A DNA stretch of 44,783 nt from Candidatus Nealsonbacteria bacterium CG23_combo_of_CG06-09_8_20_14_all_40_13 (lineage in GTDB: Bacteria > Patescibacteriota > UBA1384 > UBA12157_A > GCA-002773005): NCBI GenBank assembly GCA_002771215.1, contig PCRM01000025.1, positions 1 to 44,783 on the forward strand. Reading direction: 5' to 3'. Every line of letters starts with the position of its first letter. The stretch's first letter is position 1. Made by a program: the position numbers and the translations under genes. The notes under the pieces are model-generated. The model searched no databases, was not told where the DNA came from, and saw only the letters and a list, made by a program, of their open reading frames with translations. Below, one piece after another: positions 36,019 to 44,783 of this stretch.

Positions 36019-36213
36019 GTGAATGAATTGTTAGTAAAAGTGTTGTTTTTAATGGGAGCGGGACTGTCAATATGTGTGTTTCTTATTTCTCATTTATGGT
36101 TGCAGTATCATAAGCCTGGTCCAACTCTCCGTGTGGTTGTATGGTGTTTATTGGCCGCTATAATCTTATCATTTGTGGCAGGGACCGTCACTCTTCTCTG
36201 TACAATGTCATAG
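36019..36213 (+). CDS. small hypothetical membrane protein (two TM helices)
   Basis: Two hydrophobic helices. SD-like GAAGGTGA. GTG 36019 or TTG 36028 as start. It has its own promoter-like element. Confidence 0.4.
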   Translation: MNELLVKVLFLMGAGLSICVFLISHLWLQYHKPGPTLRVVVWCLLAAIILSFVAGTVTLLCTMS

Positions 36214-36304
36214 TTTCCTTATATCTTCGGGTAGATCCAAACGGAGCGCTCAAATCAAAGCATTATTGAACGTCCTTTTTTTTACCAAAAAATTTGGGTG
36301 GCAC

Positions 36305-36333
36305 TTGACAAATTTTTTGACATATTATATTAT
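36305..36333 (+). promoter_or_regulatory. candidate promoter of rpoBC
   Basis: TTGACA (36305-36310), 17-nt spacer, TATTAT (36328-36333). Confidence 0.45.
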
Positions 36334-36379
36334 AGAATTGACCTGTAAAATATAAGGGAAAATTGTTGAAAAATCTTTA

Positions 36380-36419
36380 AATCTAAATGATGTAATTTAG
36401 ATTATCCGCTTTTGCGGAT
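36380..36419 (+). promoter_or_regulatory. tandem hairpins in the rpoB leader
   Basis: 9-bp stem aatctaaat/atttagatt (36380-36403), immediately followed by atccgc-tttt-gcggat (36404-36419) and a T-rich tail. Confidence 0.35.
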
Positions 36420-36485
36420 TATTTCGGTTTGCAAAAATACTCATTATTAATATTTCTAAAATTAATTTTTAAAGGGTAAATTTTT

Positions 36486-39400
36486 ATGCTTACTCGAAAA
36501 AAATTTTTTAAGCAAAAAATTCATGTCGCTTTACCCGATCTTTTAGAATTGCAAACCAGTTCTTATCAATGGTTATTTAAAGAAGGCATCAGGGAATTAT
36601 TAGACGAAATATCACCAGTTTCGGATTTCACAGGCAAGCTTTATGAATTAGAATTCAATGATTACGCCTTAGAAGAACCAAAATACGACGAAGAAACCGC
36701 TAAAGATAAAAACTTAACTTATAAAGCACCATTGCGCTGTCATGTAGTACTAAAAAATAAATTTACCAAACAAAACAAGGAAAGTGACGTTTTTTTTGGT
36801 GATTTCCCCTTGATGACTAACAAAGGGACTTTTATCATCAATGGGATTGAAAGAGTGGTAGTTTCTCAAATTGTGCGTTCATTTGGCGTTCTGTTTGTCA
36901 GCGATGAAATAGAGGGAAGAAAATTATTTGGGGCTAAAATAATTCCATCAAGAGGCGCTTGGCTGGAATTAGAAACATCCAACAAAGACGCTATTTACGT
37001 TAAAATTGACCGTAAAAGAAAAATTCCAATTACAACTTTCTTAAGAGCATTAGGGATGACCGAAGCAGAAATTATGGCCGCTTTCAAGGATGTCAATGAT
37101 AACCCCGACCATGATTATGTTAAAGCCACTTTTGAGAAGGACACTGTCAAAGATCATGACCAAAGCTTGGTTGAGGTCTATAAGAGGATAAGACCCGGTG
37201 ATTTGGCCACAGCGGAAACTGCACAGGGTTTTATCGAGGCCTTATTTCATAATCCAAAAAGATATGACTTGGGAAAGGTTGGCCGTTATAAACTAAATCA
37301 GAGATTAGGTATCCAAGTGCCCAATACGGTGTCCAATCGCATATTACGTTTGCCTGATGTCATTGAAGTAATTGCTGAAATTATTCGCCTTAATAATGAT
37401 CCCAACGCTCAACCAGATGACATTGATAACTTAAAAAACCGCCGCATCCGTGCAGTTGGCGAGCTGGTGCAGAGTAGATTACGCGTTGGTTTTTTGAGAA
37501 TGGAGAGAATTATCAAAGACAGAATGTCAGTTATTGAACCGGAAGCAATTACACCTGCCCAACTTGTGAATTCTCGTCCAATTACGGCTATTTTGCAGGA
37601 ATTTTTTGCCTCATCCCAACTTTCCCAGTTTATGAACCAAACCAACCCTTTATCGGAAATTGAGCATGAAAGATGCCTGTCAGCCACCGGACCAGGCGGT
37701 TTGTCCCGCGAGAGGGCCGGTTTTGAAGTCCGTGACGTGCATTCTTCTCACTACGGCCGTATCTGCCCTATTGAAACGCCGGAAGGCCCGAATATCGGTT
37801 TGGTTGGCTATTTAGCCACCTACGGCAAAATCAACGAATTTGGGTTTATTGAGACACCTTATTTAGTTGTCGAACACAAAGCAGGCAAGGCCCGCGTTAC
37901 ATCTAAAGTTGTCTACCTCGATGCGGCCGCAGAAGAAAAAGCGATCATAGCGCCATCCTCGGCTAAAGTTGGCGATGACGGTTATTTTCCAGAAGCTAAA
38001 ATCATTGTCAGAAAAGCCAGCCACCCCACCATTGATAAAGTTGAAAATATTCAATATATGGATGTTTCGCCTAAACAAACAGTGTCTTTGGCGACAGCGT
38101 TAATTCCGTTTGTTGAGCACGATGATGCCACCCGCGCCTCAATGGGATCTAACATGGAAAGACAAGCAGTGCCATTAGTCAGACCCAAAGCTGCTCTAGT
38201 CGGCACGGGTATGGAAAGCGAACTGGCCAAATACTCCGGTCGTACAATAACCGCAGAGCAAGATGGCACTGTTGCTTATGTTTCATCTACCCAAATCAGA
38301 GTTAAAGAAAAAAACCAAAGAAAAGACACAATTTACAATCTAAAGAAATTTGTCCGTTCTAATCAAGCCACCTGCATAACTCAAAGACCGATTGTCAAGA
38401 CCGGCGAGAGAATTAAAAAAAGTCAGGTTATCGCTGATTCTTATGCAACTGACGGGGGCGAATTGGCTTTGGGTCGAGACGTTTTATGCGCTTTTATGTC
38501 TTTCGAAGGCGGCAACTTTGAAGATGCCATTATAATTTCTGAGCGACTTTTAAAGGAAGATTATTATACTTCAATTCATATTGAAAAATACGCTGTGGAA
38601 GTTCGCGATACTAAACTTGGTCCTGAACTTCTTACCCGCGATATACCCAACGTTGGCGAGGAAGCCTTAGCCAACCTTGATGGTGAAGGGATTATCATTG
38701 TTGGCGCGGAAGTTACGGCAGGCGCAATTTTAGTAGGGAAAATTACTCCTAAAGGCGAAACGGAGCTGACAGCCGAAGAGAAATTATTGCGCGCCATTTT
38801 TGGAGAGAAAGCTAAAGAAGTTAAAGATTCTTCTTTACGTTTGCCTCACGGCGAACGCGGTAAAATTGTTGCTGTGAAAATTTTCAGAAAAGATTTAGGA
38901 GATGAGTTGGCAACCGGTGTTTATGAAATGGTTGAAGTGCTGGTAGCTCAGCTGCGCAAGGTTTCAGTAGGAGATAAATTAGCTGGAAGGCACGGCAACA
39001 AAGGTGTAATTTCTAAAATTTTACCTGAAGAGGAAATGCCGTACCTGCCCGATGGTACGCCGGTTGATGTAGTTTTAAACCCATTAGGCGTTATTTCACG
39101 TATGAACTTGGGACAAATATTAGAAACTCACCTTGGTTGGGCGGCTAAAAACTTGGGTTACTACGTGGAAAATCCGGTTTTTGAAGGCGTTGATTTTACC
39201 ACAATTCAAGATGAGCTGGAAAAAGCTGGCTTGCCTAGGGATGGCAAAATTCAGCTTTATGACGGCAAAACCGGAGAATTATTTGACCAGAAAACAACTG
39301 TTGGTTACATTAATTTGATGAAACTTTGTCATATGGTTGACGATAAAATGCACGCCCGCTCAACTGGTCCATACTCTATGATTACCCAGCAGCCACTAGG

Positions 39401-39839
39401 TGGAAAAGCGCAATTTGGCGGCCAGCGCTTTGGTGAAATGGAGGTATGGGCTCTGGAGGCTTACGGCGCGGCGCATACTTTGCAAGAGATGCTAACTATA
39501 AAATCTGATGACGTAATCGGCCGCTCCAAAGCATATGAGGCAATTATCAAGGGTGAAGCAATACAAAAACCCTCCACTCCGGCTTCCTTTAACGTGCTAA
39601 TTAAAGAGCTTCAAGGATTGGGTCTTTCTGTTTGTATGCTGGGAGGTAAATCTGGTGTTCGATGGCACAGGAATAAAACTACTATCAAAATGCCAGCCAA
39701 AGCAACATTACCCAAGAGCCAACCAAAAGAACCGCTTGAAGAAAAGTTAACCCAAAGGGTGGATACAATTAAACCTTTTGAAATTAAAAAAGCAGCAATA
39801 GCCAAAGAGAGAAAAACACAAAGGGCAGGGAGTAAATAA
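36486..39839 (+). CDS. rpoB: DNA-directed RNA polymerase subunit beta
   Basis: [64 protein letters not shown]. Confidence 0.97.
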   Translation: MLTRKKFFKQKIHVALPDLLELQTSSYQWLFKEGIRELLDEISPVSDFTGKLYELEFNDYALEEPKYDEETAKDKNLTYKAPLRCHVVLKNKFTKQNKESDVFFGDFPLMTNKGTFIINGIERVVVSQIVRSFGVLFVSDEIEGRKLFGAKIIPSRGAWLELETSNKDAIYVKIDRKRKIPITTFLRALGMTEAEIMAAFKDVNDNPDHDYVKATFEKDTVKDHDQSLVEVYKRIRPGDLATAETAQGFIEALFHNPKRYDLGKVGRYKLNQRLGIQVPNTVSNRILRLPDVIEVIAEIIRLNNDPNAQPDDIDNLKNRRIRAVGELVQSRLRVGFLRMERIIKDRMSVIEPEAITPAQLVNSRPITAILQEFFASSQLSQFMNQTNPLSEIEHERCLSATGPGGLSRERAGFEVRDVHSSHYGRICPIETPEGPNIGLVGYLATYGKINEFGFIETPYLVVEHKAGKARVTSKVVYLDAAAEEKAIIAPSSAKVGDDGYFPEAKIIVRKASHPTIDKVENIQYMDVSPKQTVSLATALIPFVEHDDATRASMGSNMERQAVPLVRPKAALVGTGMESELAKYSGRTITAEQDGTVAYVSSTQIRVKEKNQRKDTIYNLKKFVRSNQATCITQRPIVKTGERIKKSQVIADSYATDGGELALGRDVLCAFMSFEGGNFEDAIIISERLLKEDYYTSIHIEKYAVEVRDTKLGPELLTRDIPNVGEEALANLDGEGIIIVGAEVTAGAILVGKITPKGETELTAEEKLLRAIFGEKAKEVKDSSLRLPHGERGKIVAVKIFRKDLGDELATGVYEMVEVLVAQLRKVSVGDKLAGRHGNKGVISKILPEEEMPYLPDGTPVDVVLNPLGVISRMNLGQILETHLGWAAKNLGYYVENPVFEGVDFTTIQDELEKAGLPRDGKIQLYDGKTGELFDQKTTVGYINLMKLCHMVDDKMHARSTGPYSMITQQPLGGKAQFGGQRFGEMEVWALEAYGAAHTLQEMLTIKSDDVIGRSKAYEAIIKGEAIQKPSTPASFNVLIKELQGLGLSVCMLGGKSGVRWHRNKTTIKMPAKATLPKSQPKEPLEEKLTQRVDTIKPFEIKKAAIAKERKTQRAGSK

Positions 39840-42800
39840 TGCAAGAAGAAATTTTAGGCGTGGATTTTGACGCCTTAAGAATTTCTGTTGCCTCACCAGA
39901 TGAAATTATGGCTTGGTCTCATGGTGAAATTTTAAAACCAGAAACTATAAACTATCGTACTCAAAAACCGGAAAGAGATGGTTTATTTGACGAAAAAATA
40001 TTCGGACCAACTAAAGATTACGAATGTTACTGCGGCAAATATAAAAAAATACGTTACAAAGGCATTATTTGCGAAAAATGCGGGGTAGAGGTAACTAAAG
40101 CTGCCGTGCGACGCGAACGAATGGGCCATATTGATTTAGCGGTACCTATCGCCCATATTTGGTATGTCCGCGGCATCCCTTCCATAATTTCCTTAGTTTT
40201 AGATATGTCAGTGTCTGATTTAGAAAAAATCATTTATTTTGCTTCCTTTATTGTTTTGGATGTAAATGAGCAAGTGCGTAAAGAAGCTTTAGAGCAGTTA
40301 GAACATGACTACAATCAATTAATTGGTCAAAAAACTCTTGTTAAAGAGGGACAACCAGAACAAAAAGAAGATGAAGAAAAGGCAAAAGGTAAAGAGCAAT
40401 TAGCGCAAATTGAAGCCGCTTACAAGATGCTTAAATGCGAAATTTTAGCTTTGAAGCCTAAAAGAATAATTACAGAGGATAAATACCAGGACCTCTCCTT
40501 AAAATATGGTCAAATTATCAAGGTTGGCATTGGGGCAGAAGCAATTTATCGACTTTTATCGGATTTAAATTTAGATGATGAGATAGAAATATTGAAAAAC
40601 AATGCCAAAAAAGGCGTTTTATCATTTAGAAAAAAGGTCTTGCGCCGGCTGCGATTAATTGAAGATATGAAAAAAGCTAAAATTTTGCCTCAATGGCTGA
40701 TTTTGCAAAAATTGCCAGTAATTCCTCCTGATTTACGGCCAATGGTACAATTGGATGGCGGACGCTATGCCGCCTCTGACTTGAACGATTTATATCGGCG
40801 TGTCATCAACCGTAATCACCGCTTGAAAAAATTGTTGGTTCAGGGTGCCCCAGAAGTTATTTGCCGCAACGAAAAAAGAATGCTGCAAGAAGCGGTTGAT
40901 GCTTTAATTGATAATAGCGCCAGACGCGGCAAAACCGCCGTTACTACTGGGGGGGCGAGGAAACTGCGCTCATTATCAGATATTTTGCGGGGTAAACAAG
41001 GCCGTTTTCGACAAAATCTTTTAGGCAAACGCGTTGATTATTCAGGCCGTTCTGTCATTGTTATCGGTCCGCACTTAAAATTAAATCAATGCGGTCTGCC
41101 CAAAATGATGGCCTTGGAATTGTTTAAAACATTCGTTATTTCCCGCTTAATTTCCGAAGGTTATGTTCACAACGTTAAAAATGCTACACGTTTAATTGAA
41201 CAAGGAACGCCGGAAGTTTGGGATATATTGGAAAAAATAACTAAAGATTATTACGTTATGCTTAACCGCGCACCGACCTTGCACAGATTAGGCATACAGG
41301 CCTTTCAGCCTGTTTTAATTGAAGGTAAAGCCATTCAAATTCATCCTTTAGTTTGTTCTGCATTCAATGCTGATTTTGATGGCGACCAAATGGCGGTTCA
41401 CGTGCCGCTGTCTAGCCAGGCGCGCTATGAAACCAGTAACATTATGCGCTCTTCACATAACGTTTTGAAACCTGCTTCTGGAGAGCCAACTGTCACCCCG
41501 CGCTTGGATATTGTTTTTGGCTGTTTCTATATGACTACTTGGCAACCCGGCGCTAAAGGTGAGAAAAAATATTTTGCCTCTAAAAATGAAGCAATTTACG
41601 CTTACCAAATGGGTTATGTCCACTTATGCGCCAAAATTTACGTCCGTATGTCCGCCCAACAGTTTGCGGGTAAACAAGGAGAAACTGTAATTGTGGAAAC
41701 ATCAATAGGCCGCATCCTTTTCAACAACGTTCTTCCTGAAGAAATGCGCTTTAGAAACCAGGATATGGACGATAAGCATTTGCGGGCCATCATATCTGAA
41801 TGCTTTAAAAAATACGGCATTGACGAAGCGGTGGCTTTAGTAGATAGAATCAAGAAAGTTGGCTTCCAATATGCCACGCAATCAGGGATGACCATTTCCA
41901 TTGAAGATGTGGTAATCCCCAAGCAAAAAAAAGACATTTTGAAACAATCTAATTTGCAAATAGATGAAATTGCTAAACAGTTCAAAAGAGGTTTAATCAC
42001 CGATACCGAACGAGTTGCATCGGGGGTGGAATTATGGACCAAGACAAAAGATAAAATTGAAAAAGAAATGATAGAAGATATGAATGAGCGAAATCCTGTG
42101 TACATGATGGTAAAATCAGGCGCTCGCGGTTCTTTTGCGCAAGTTACGCAACTGGGAGGGATGAAGGGATTAGTAGTTAATCCGGCTGGGGAAATTATTG
42201 AAATTCCTATCATTAACAACTATAAAGAGGGATTAAATGTCCTGGAATATTTCATTTCTACCCACGGTGCTCGAAAAGGTAAATCAGATACTTCGTTACG
42301 TACTTCTGATGCTGGCTATTTAACCAGGCGTCTAGTTGATGTAGCACAAGATTTAGTAATTTCCGAGAAAGATTGCCTAACTAACGAAGGGGTAAAAATA
42401 ACCCGTGAAGAATCCAGCAAATTAAATCAAAATTTCAAAGATAGAATTTTAGGCAGAATCGCCCTTAAAAATATTAAAAATCCCCAGTCCAACAAGATTA
42501 TCTGCAAAGCTGGAGAAGAAATTTCCGAAATAGTTGTTGAAGAAATAGAAAAGGTTTCCATTGAACAAGTTGAGGTTCGTTCTTCTTTGGGCTGTCTATC
42601 CAACTGGGGTATTTGTCAAGCTTGTTATGGCCGCGATTTGGCGCGCGGCGGCCTTGTACAGTTTGGTGAAGCAGTTGGCATTGTGGCTGCCCAAGCTATC
42701 GGAGAGCCAGGCACACAGCTAACGATGAAAACCTTCCATCTTGGCGGTGTTTCAGGCGAAGATATTACCACTGGTTTGCCGCGTGTAGAGGAACTGTTTG

Positions 42801-43660
42801 AGGCGCGCACCCCGCGTTTTCCAGCCGTGCTGTCTGATCTTAATGGTATTTGCCAGATTAAAAAAGAAAAAAACAGAGTTAAAATAATTATCACTTCTTC
42901 AGAATTTCCTTCGATAGTTGTTAAAATCCCCGAGCATTATAAATTGATTATCAAAGCTCAAGATGTAGTCCTTCATAAACAAGTTATTGCTATTTCCGAG
43001 GGCCAAAAAGCCATCAGAGCAACAATAGCTGGCAAAGTTAAAGTTGAAAAAAGCCAAATCAAAATTACTTCCGTTGAACAATTAAGCCGAGAATATCTTT
43101 TGCCCATTGCAGTTGATTTAAGAGTGGAAAATGGCCAAAGAGTCAGTATTGGCGACCAGCTGACAGAAGGCCATTGGGACTTAGCAGAAGCATTAAAACT
43201 TAAAGGTAAAGAAGCGGTTGAGAAATACATCATCGGTGAAGTTCAGGAGATATACTCATCCCAAGGTCAGCGTATTAATGACAAGTATATTGAAATAATT
43301 ATTCGTCAGATGTTTTCTAAAGACAAGATTATATCTGAAGGCGATACGCAACTTTTACCCGGTCAATTTGTCGATATTACAAGCTTACGTAAAATTAATG
43401 AGTCATTGCCCCCAACAGCCAAAAAAACAATAGCAGTTCAAGCTATAATGGGAATTACCAGGATATCGTTGAAAACAGACAGCTTTTTATCGGCGGCGTC
43501 ATTCCAGGAAACAACTGGCGTTTTAATTGATGCTGCCGTCAGAGGAGCAGTAGATCGTCTTAAGGGCTTGAAAGAAAATGTAATTATTGGTAGACTAATA
43601 CCTGCGGGAACTGGTTTCCGTAAGGATATACCGGGAAAAAAAATGCAAAATGAAAAATGA
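39839..43660 (+). CDS. rpoC: DNA-directed RNA polymerase subunit beta prime
   Basis: Zinc motif CYCGKYKKIRYKGIICEKCGVEV, catalytic NADFDGDQMAVH, LNRAPTLHRLGIQAF. The start overlaps the rpoB stop (TAATG). Confidence 0.97.
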   Translation: MQEEILGVDFDALRISVASPDEIMAWSHGEILKPETINYRTQKPERDGLFDEKIFGPTKDYECYCGKYKKIRYKGIICEKCGVEVTKAAVRRERMGHIDLAVPIAHIWYVRGIPSIISLVLDMSVSDLEKIIYFASFIVLDVNEQVRKEALEQLEHDYNQLIGQKTLVKEGQPEQKEDEEKAKGKEQLAQIEAAYKMLKCEILALKPKRIITEDKYQDLSLKYGQIIKVGIGAEAIYRLLSDLNLDDEIEILKNNAKKGVLSFRKKVLRRLRLIEDMKKAKILPQWLILQKLPVIPPDLRPMVQLDGGRYAASDLNDLYRRVINRNHRLKKLLVQGAPEVICRNEKRMLQEAVDALIDNSARRGKTAVTTGGARKLRSLSDILRGKQGRFRQNLLGKRVDYSGRSVIVIGPHLKLNQCGLPKMMALELFKTFVISRLISEGYVHNVKNATRLIEQGTPEVWDILEKITKDYYVMLNRAPTLHRLGIQAFQPVLIEGKAIQIHPLVCSAFNADFDGDQMAVHVPLSSQARYETSNIMRSSHNVLKPASGEPTVTPRLDIVFGCFYMTTWQPGAKGEKKYFASKNEAIYAYQMGYVHLCAKIYVRMSAQQFAGKQGETVIVETSIGRILFNNVLPEEMRFRNQDMDDKHLRAIISECFKKYGIDEAVALVDRIKKVGFQYATQSGMTISIEDVVIPKQKKDILKQSNLQIDEIAKQFKRGLITDTERVASGVELWTKTKDKIEKEMIEDMNERNPVYMMVKSGARGSFAQVTQLGGMKGLVVNPAGEIIEIPIINNYKEGLNVLEYFISTHGARKGKSDTSLRTSDAGYLTRRLVDVAQDLVISEKDCLTNEGVKITREESSKLNQNFKDRILGRIALKNIKNPQSNKIICKAGEEISEIVVEEIEKVSIEQVEVRSSLGCLSNWGICQACYGRDLARGGLVQFGEAVGIVAAQAIGEPGTQLTMKTFHLGGVSGEDITTGLPRVEELFEARTPRFPAVLSDLNGICQIKKEKNRVKIIITSSEFPSIVVKIPEHYKLIIKAQDVVLHKQVIAISEGQKAIRATIAGKVKVEKSQIKITSVEQLSREYLLPIAVDLRVENGQRVSIGDQLTEGHWDLAEALKLKGKEAVEKYIIGEVQEIYSSQGQRINDKYIEIIIRQMFSKDKIISEGDTQLLPGQFVDITSLRKINESLPPTAKKTIAVQAIMGITRISLKTDSFLSAASFQETTGVLIDAAVRGAVDRLKGLKENVIIGRLIPAGTGFRKDIPGKKMQNEK

Positions 43661-43751
43661 AAAAGAAAAATTTAAAAAAAATAAAATTCAAAAAGTTATT
43701 TTTGATTTTTGAGATTTGATTTTTGATTTTGAGCGACCGAAGGGAGCGAAT

Positions 43752-44171
43752 GTGCCTACAATTTCACAATTAATCGAAAAAGGAAGAAAAAAAATCGTTA
43801 AAAAATCAAAAACGCCAGCTTTGGCGCACGGTTTTAATTTCTTGAAAGGCAAGCCGACTTGGTCTAAAAAATCCTCGCCTTTTAAAAGAGGTGTTTGTTT
43901 GAAAGTCACAACTATCACACCCAAAAAACCAAATTCTGCTTTGCGGAAAATCGCCAAAGTAAGATTGACGTCCGGTCAAGAAGTAACGGCTTATATTCCA
44001 GGGGAAGGTCACAATCTTCAGGAACATTCGGTAGTTGTTATTCGCGGCGGCCGCGTTAAAGATTTGCCGGGTGTAAGATATCATGTTGTTCGCGGCATTT
44101 TGGATACGCTGGGCGTAGAAAATCGAAAAAAGGGCCGTTCAAAATATGGTGCTAAAAAACCAAAGGAATAA
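43752..44171 (+). CDS. rpsL: 30S ribosomal protein S12 (GTG start)
   Basis: VPTISQLI..., [48 protein letters not shown] lies upstream of GTG 43752. Confidence 0.93.
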   Translation: MPTISQLIEKGRKKIVKKSKTPALAHGFNFLKGKPTWSKKSSPFKRGVCLKVTTITPKKPNSALRKIAKVRLTSGQEVTAYIPGEGHNLQEHSVVVIRGGRVKDLPGVRYHVVRGILDTLGVENRKKGRSKYGAKKPKE

Positions 44172-44173
44172 AA

Positions 44174-44650
44174 ATGAGTAGAGGTAAAAGTAGAAAAATT
44201 AAAGCTGTAGTTTTGCCAGATTTGAAATTTAGAAGTATTTTAATTTCACAATTTATTAATAAGTTAATGATTTCCGGCAAAAAGGAAATTGCCAAAAAAA
44301 TTGTCTATGAAGCTTTGGATATCGCTTCAAAAAATCTCAAAAAAACGCCGTTGGAAGTTTTTGAACAAGCGGTTAAAAATGCCTCGCCACTTTTGGAAGT
44401 GCGTTCACGTCGAATTGGCGGCGCCAATTATCAAATTCCAATGGAAGTTTCACCATCGCGGCGTATGACCTTGGCAATGCGCTGGATTATTTGGGCAGCC
44501 AGAGATAGGCAAGGGAAAAAGATGTCTGAATTTTTAGCCCAAGAATTAATTGATACTTATAACAATGTTGGCAGTGCGGTTAAAAAAAGAGAAGAAATGC
44601 ACAAAATGGCTGAGGCCAACCGCGCTTTTGCCCATTTTGCTCGATTTTAA
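44174..44650 (+). CDS. rpsG: 30S ribosomal protein S7
   Basis: LINKLMISGKKEIAKKIVYEAL, LEVRSRRIGGANYQIPMEV, ANRAFAHFR. Confidence 0.95.
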   Translation: MSRGKSRKIKAVVLPDLKFRSILISQFINKLMISGKKEIAKKIVYEALDIASKNLKKTPLEVFEQAVKNASPLLEVRSRRIGGANYQIPMEVSPSRRMTLAMRWIIWAARDRQGKKMSEFLAQELIDTYNNVGSAVKKREEMHKMAEANRAFAHFARF

Positions 44651-44783
44651 AGAATTCTCAATTTTCAAGTATCAATTTTCCATCAATTAGCAATGACTCA
44701 ATTTCGAGCAGAGCGAGAAAAAAGATTCTTGCCGAAGGCAAGGTTCTTATGTTCAAACAAGAATTGAAAATAAAAATATTGTA

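Noticed and set aside
36173-36355. 60-aa + strand ORF upstream of rpoB
   Set aside because: It has no SD and spans the predicted rpoBC promoter. Its composition is low-complexity.
41638-42219. 193-aa minus-strand ORF, plus other antisense ORFs within rpoB, rpoC, uvrA, the Hsp100 gene and the ATPase gene
   Set aside because: All are embedded antisense in strongly conserved coding sequence and have no independent signals.
43688-44084. Minus-strand ORFs 43688..43957 and 43806..44084, and the ATG at 43716 for rpsL
   Set aside because: Both ORFs are antisense to rpsL. S12 aligns from VPTISQLI, so GTG 43752 with its SD is the start. The 12 upstream codons derive from a T-rich repeat tract.
44720-44755. 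Hairpin cttgcc-gaa-ggcaag after rpsG
   Set aside because: The stem is 6-7 bp with no T-run, and it lies in the spacer before the expected fusA. This is insufficient to call a terminator or an RNA element.
1-44783. CRISPR arrays, IS elements, integrases, prophage or toxin-antitoxin modules
   Set aside because: I looked for regularly spaced repeats, for transposase or integrase-like ORFs, and for tRNA-adjacent islands, and found none. Both tRNAs are flanked by housekeeping genes.

Overview
AT-rich, tightly packed chromosomal core segment of a small-genome bacterium. The protein set (membrane-anchored Hsp100, DUF4012/Wzz glycan module, stand-alone VKOR-type thioredoxin domain, AmmeMemoRadiSam radical SAM enzyme) suggests a Patescibacteria/CPR-like organism; that placement is inference only. 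The standard code applies, since TGA clearly ends uvrA and the sugar transferase. Recognisable content: NUDIX hydrolase; gyrB-gyrA; a small cell-surface glycan module (sugar phosphotransferase, GT4, Wzz-like, DUF4012, PLDc_N membrane protein); a metal/redox block (ZIP, NRAMP-like, thioredoxin-like protein, P2-type ATPase); ddl; a DUF2330 protein; tRNA-Gln; pyrG; a LigB/Memo-like protein plus AmmeMemoRadiSam radical SAM enzyme; a phosphoribosyltransferase; lepB; tRNA-Val; a TrkA-N protein; a DksA/TraR zinc finger; lspA; a membrane-anchored ClpB/ClpC-like ATPase; infC-rpmI-rplT; a DAG-kinase-like protein; bactofilin; uvrA; rnhB; RNase P RNA; rpoB-rpoC; rpsL-rpsG. I found no CRISPR array, transposase, integrase or prophage genes. 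Nothing here is an obvious new multi-gene system. The observations most worth a second look are: (1) a 16-codon Cys4 micro-ORF with a strong SD, sitting between an orphan VKOR-type thioredoxin gene and a hairpin; (2) two genes whose conserved-looking N-termini can only be reached from non-canonical starts (CTG, ATA) placed at the usual distance behind strong SDs, next to an infC with an ATA start; (3) an Hsp100 with a multi-pass membrane anchor and a degenerate NBD1; (4) an AmmeMemoRadiSam locus with no AMMECR1 partner, translationally coupled to pyrG; (5) DnaA boxes in the gyrBA promoter; (6) a P2-type ATPase with PAGLP in place of PEGLP.
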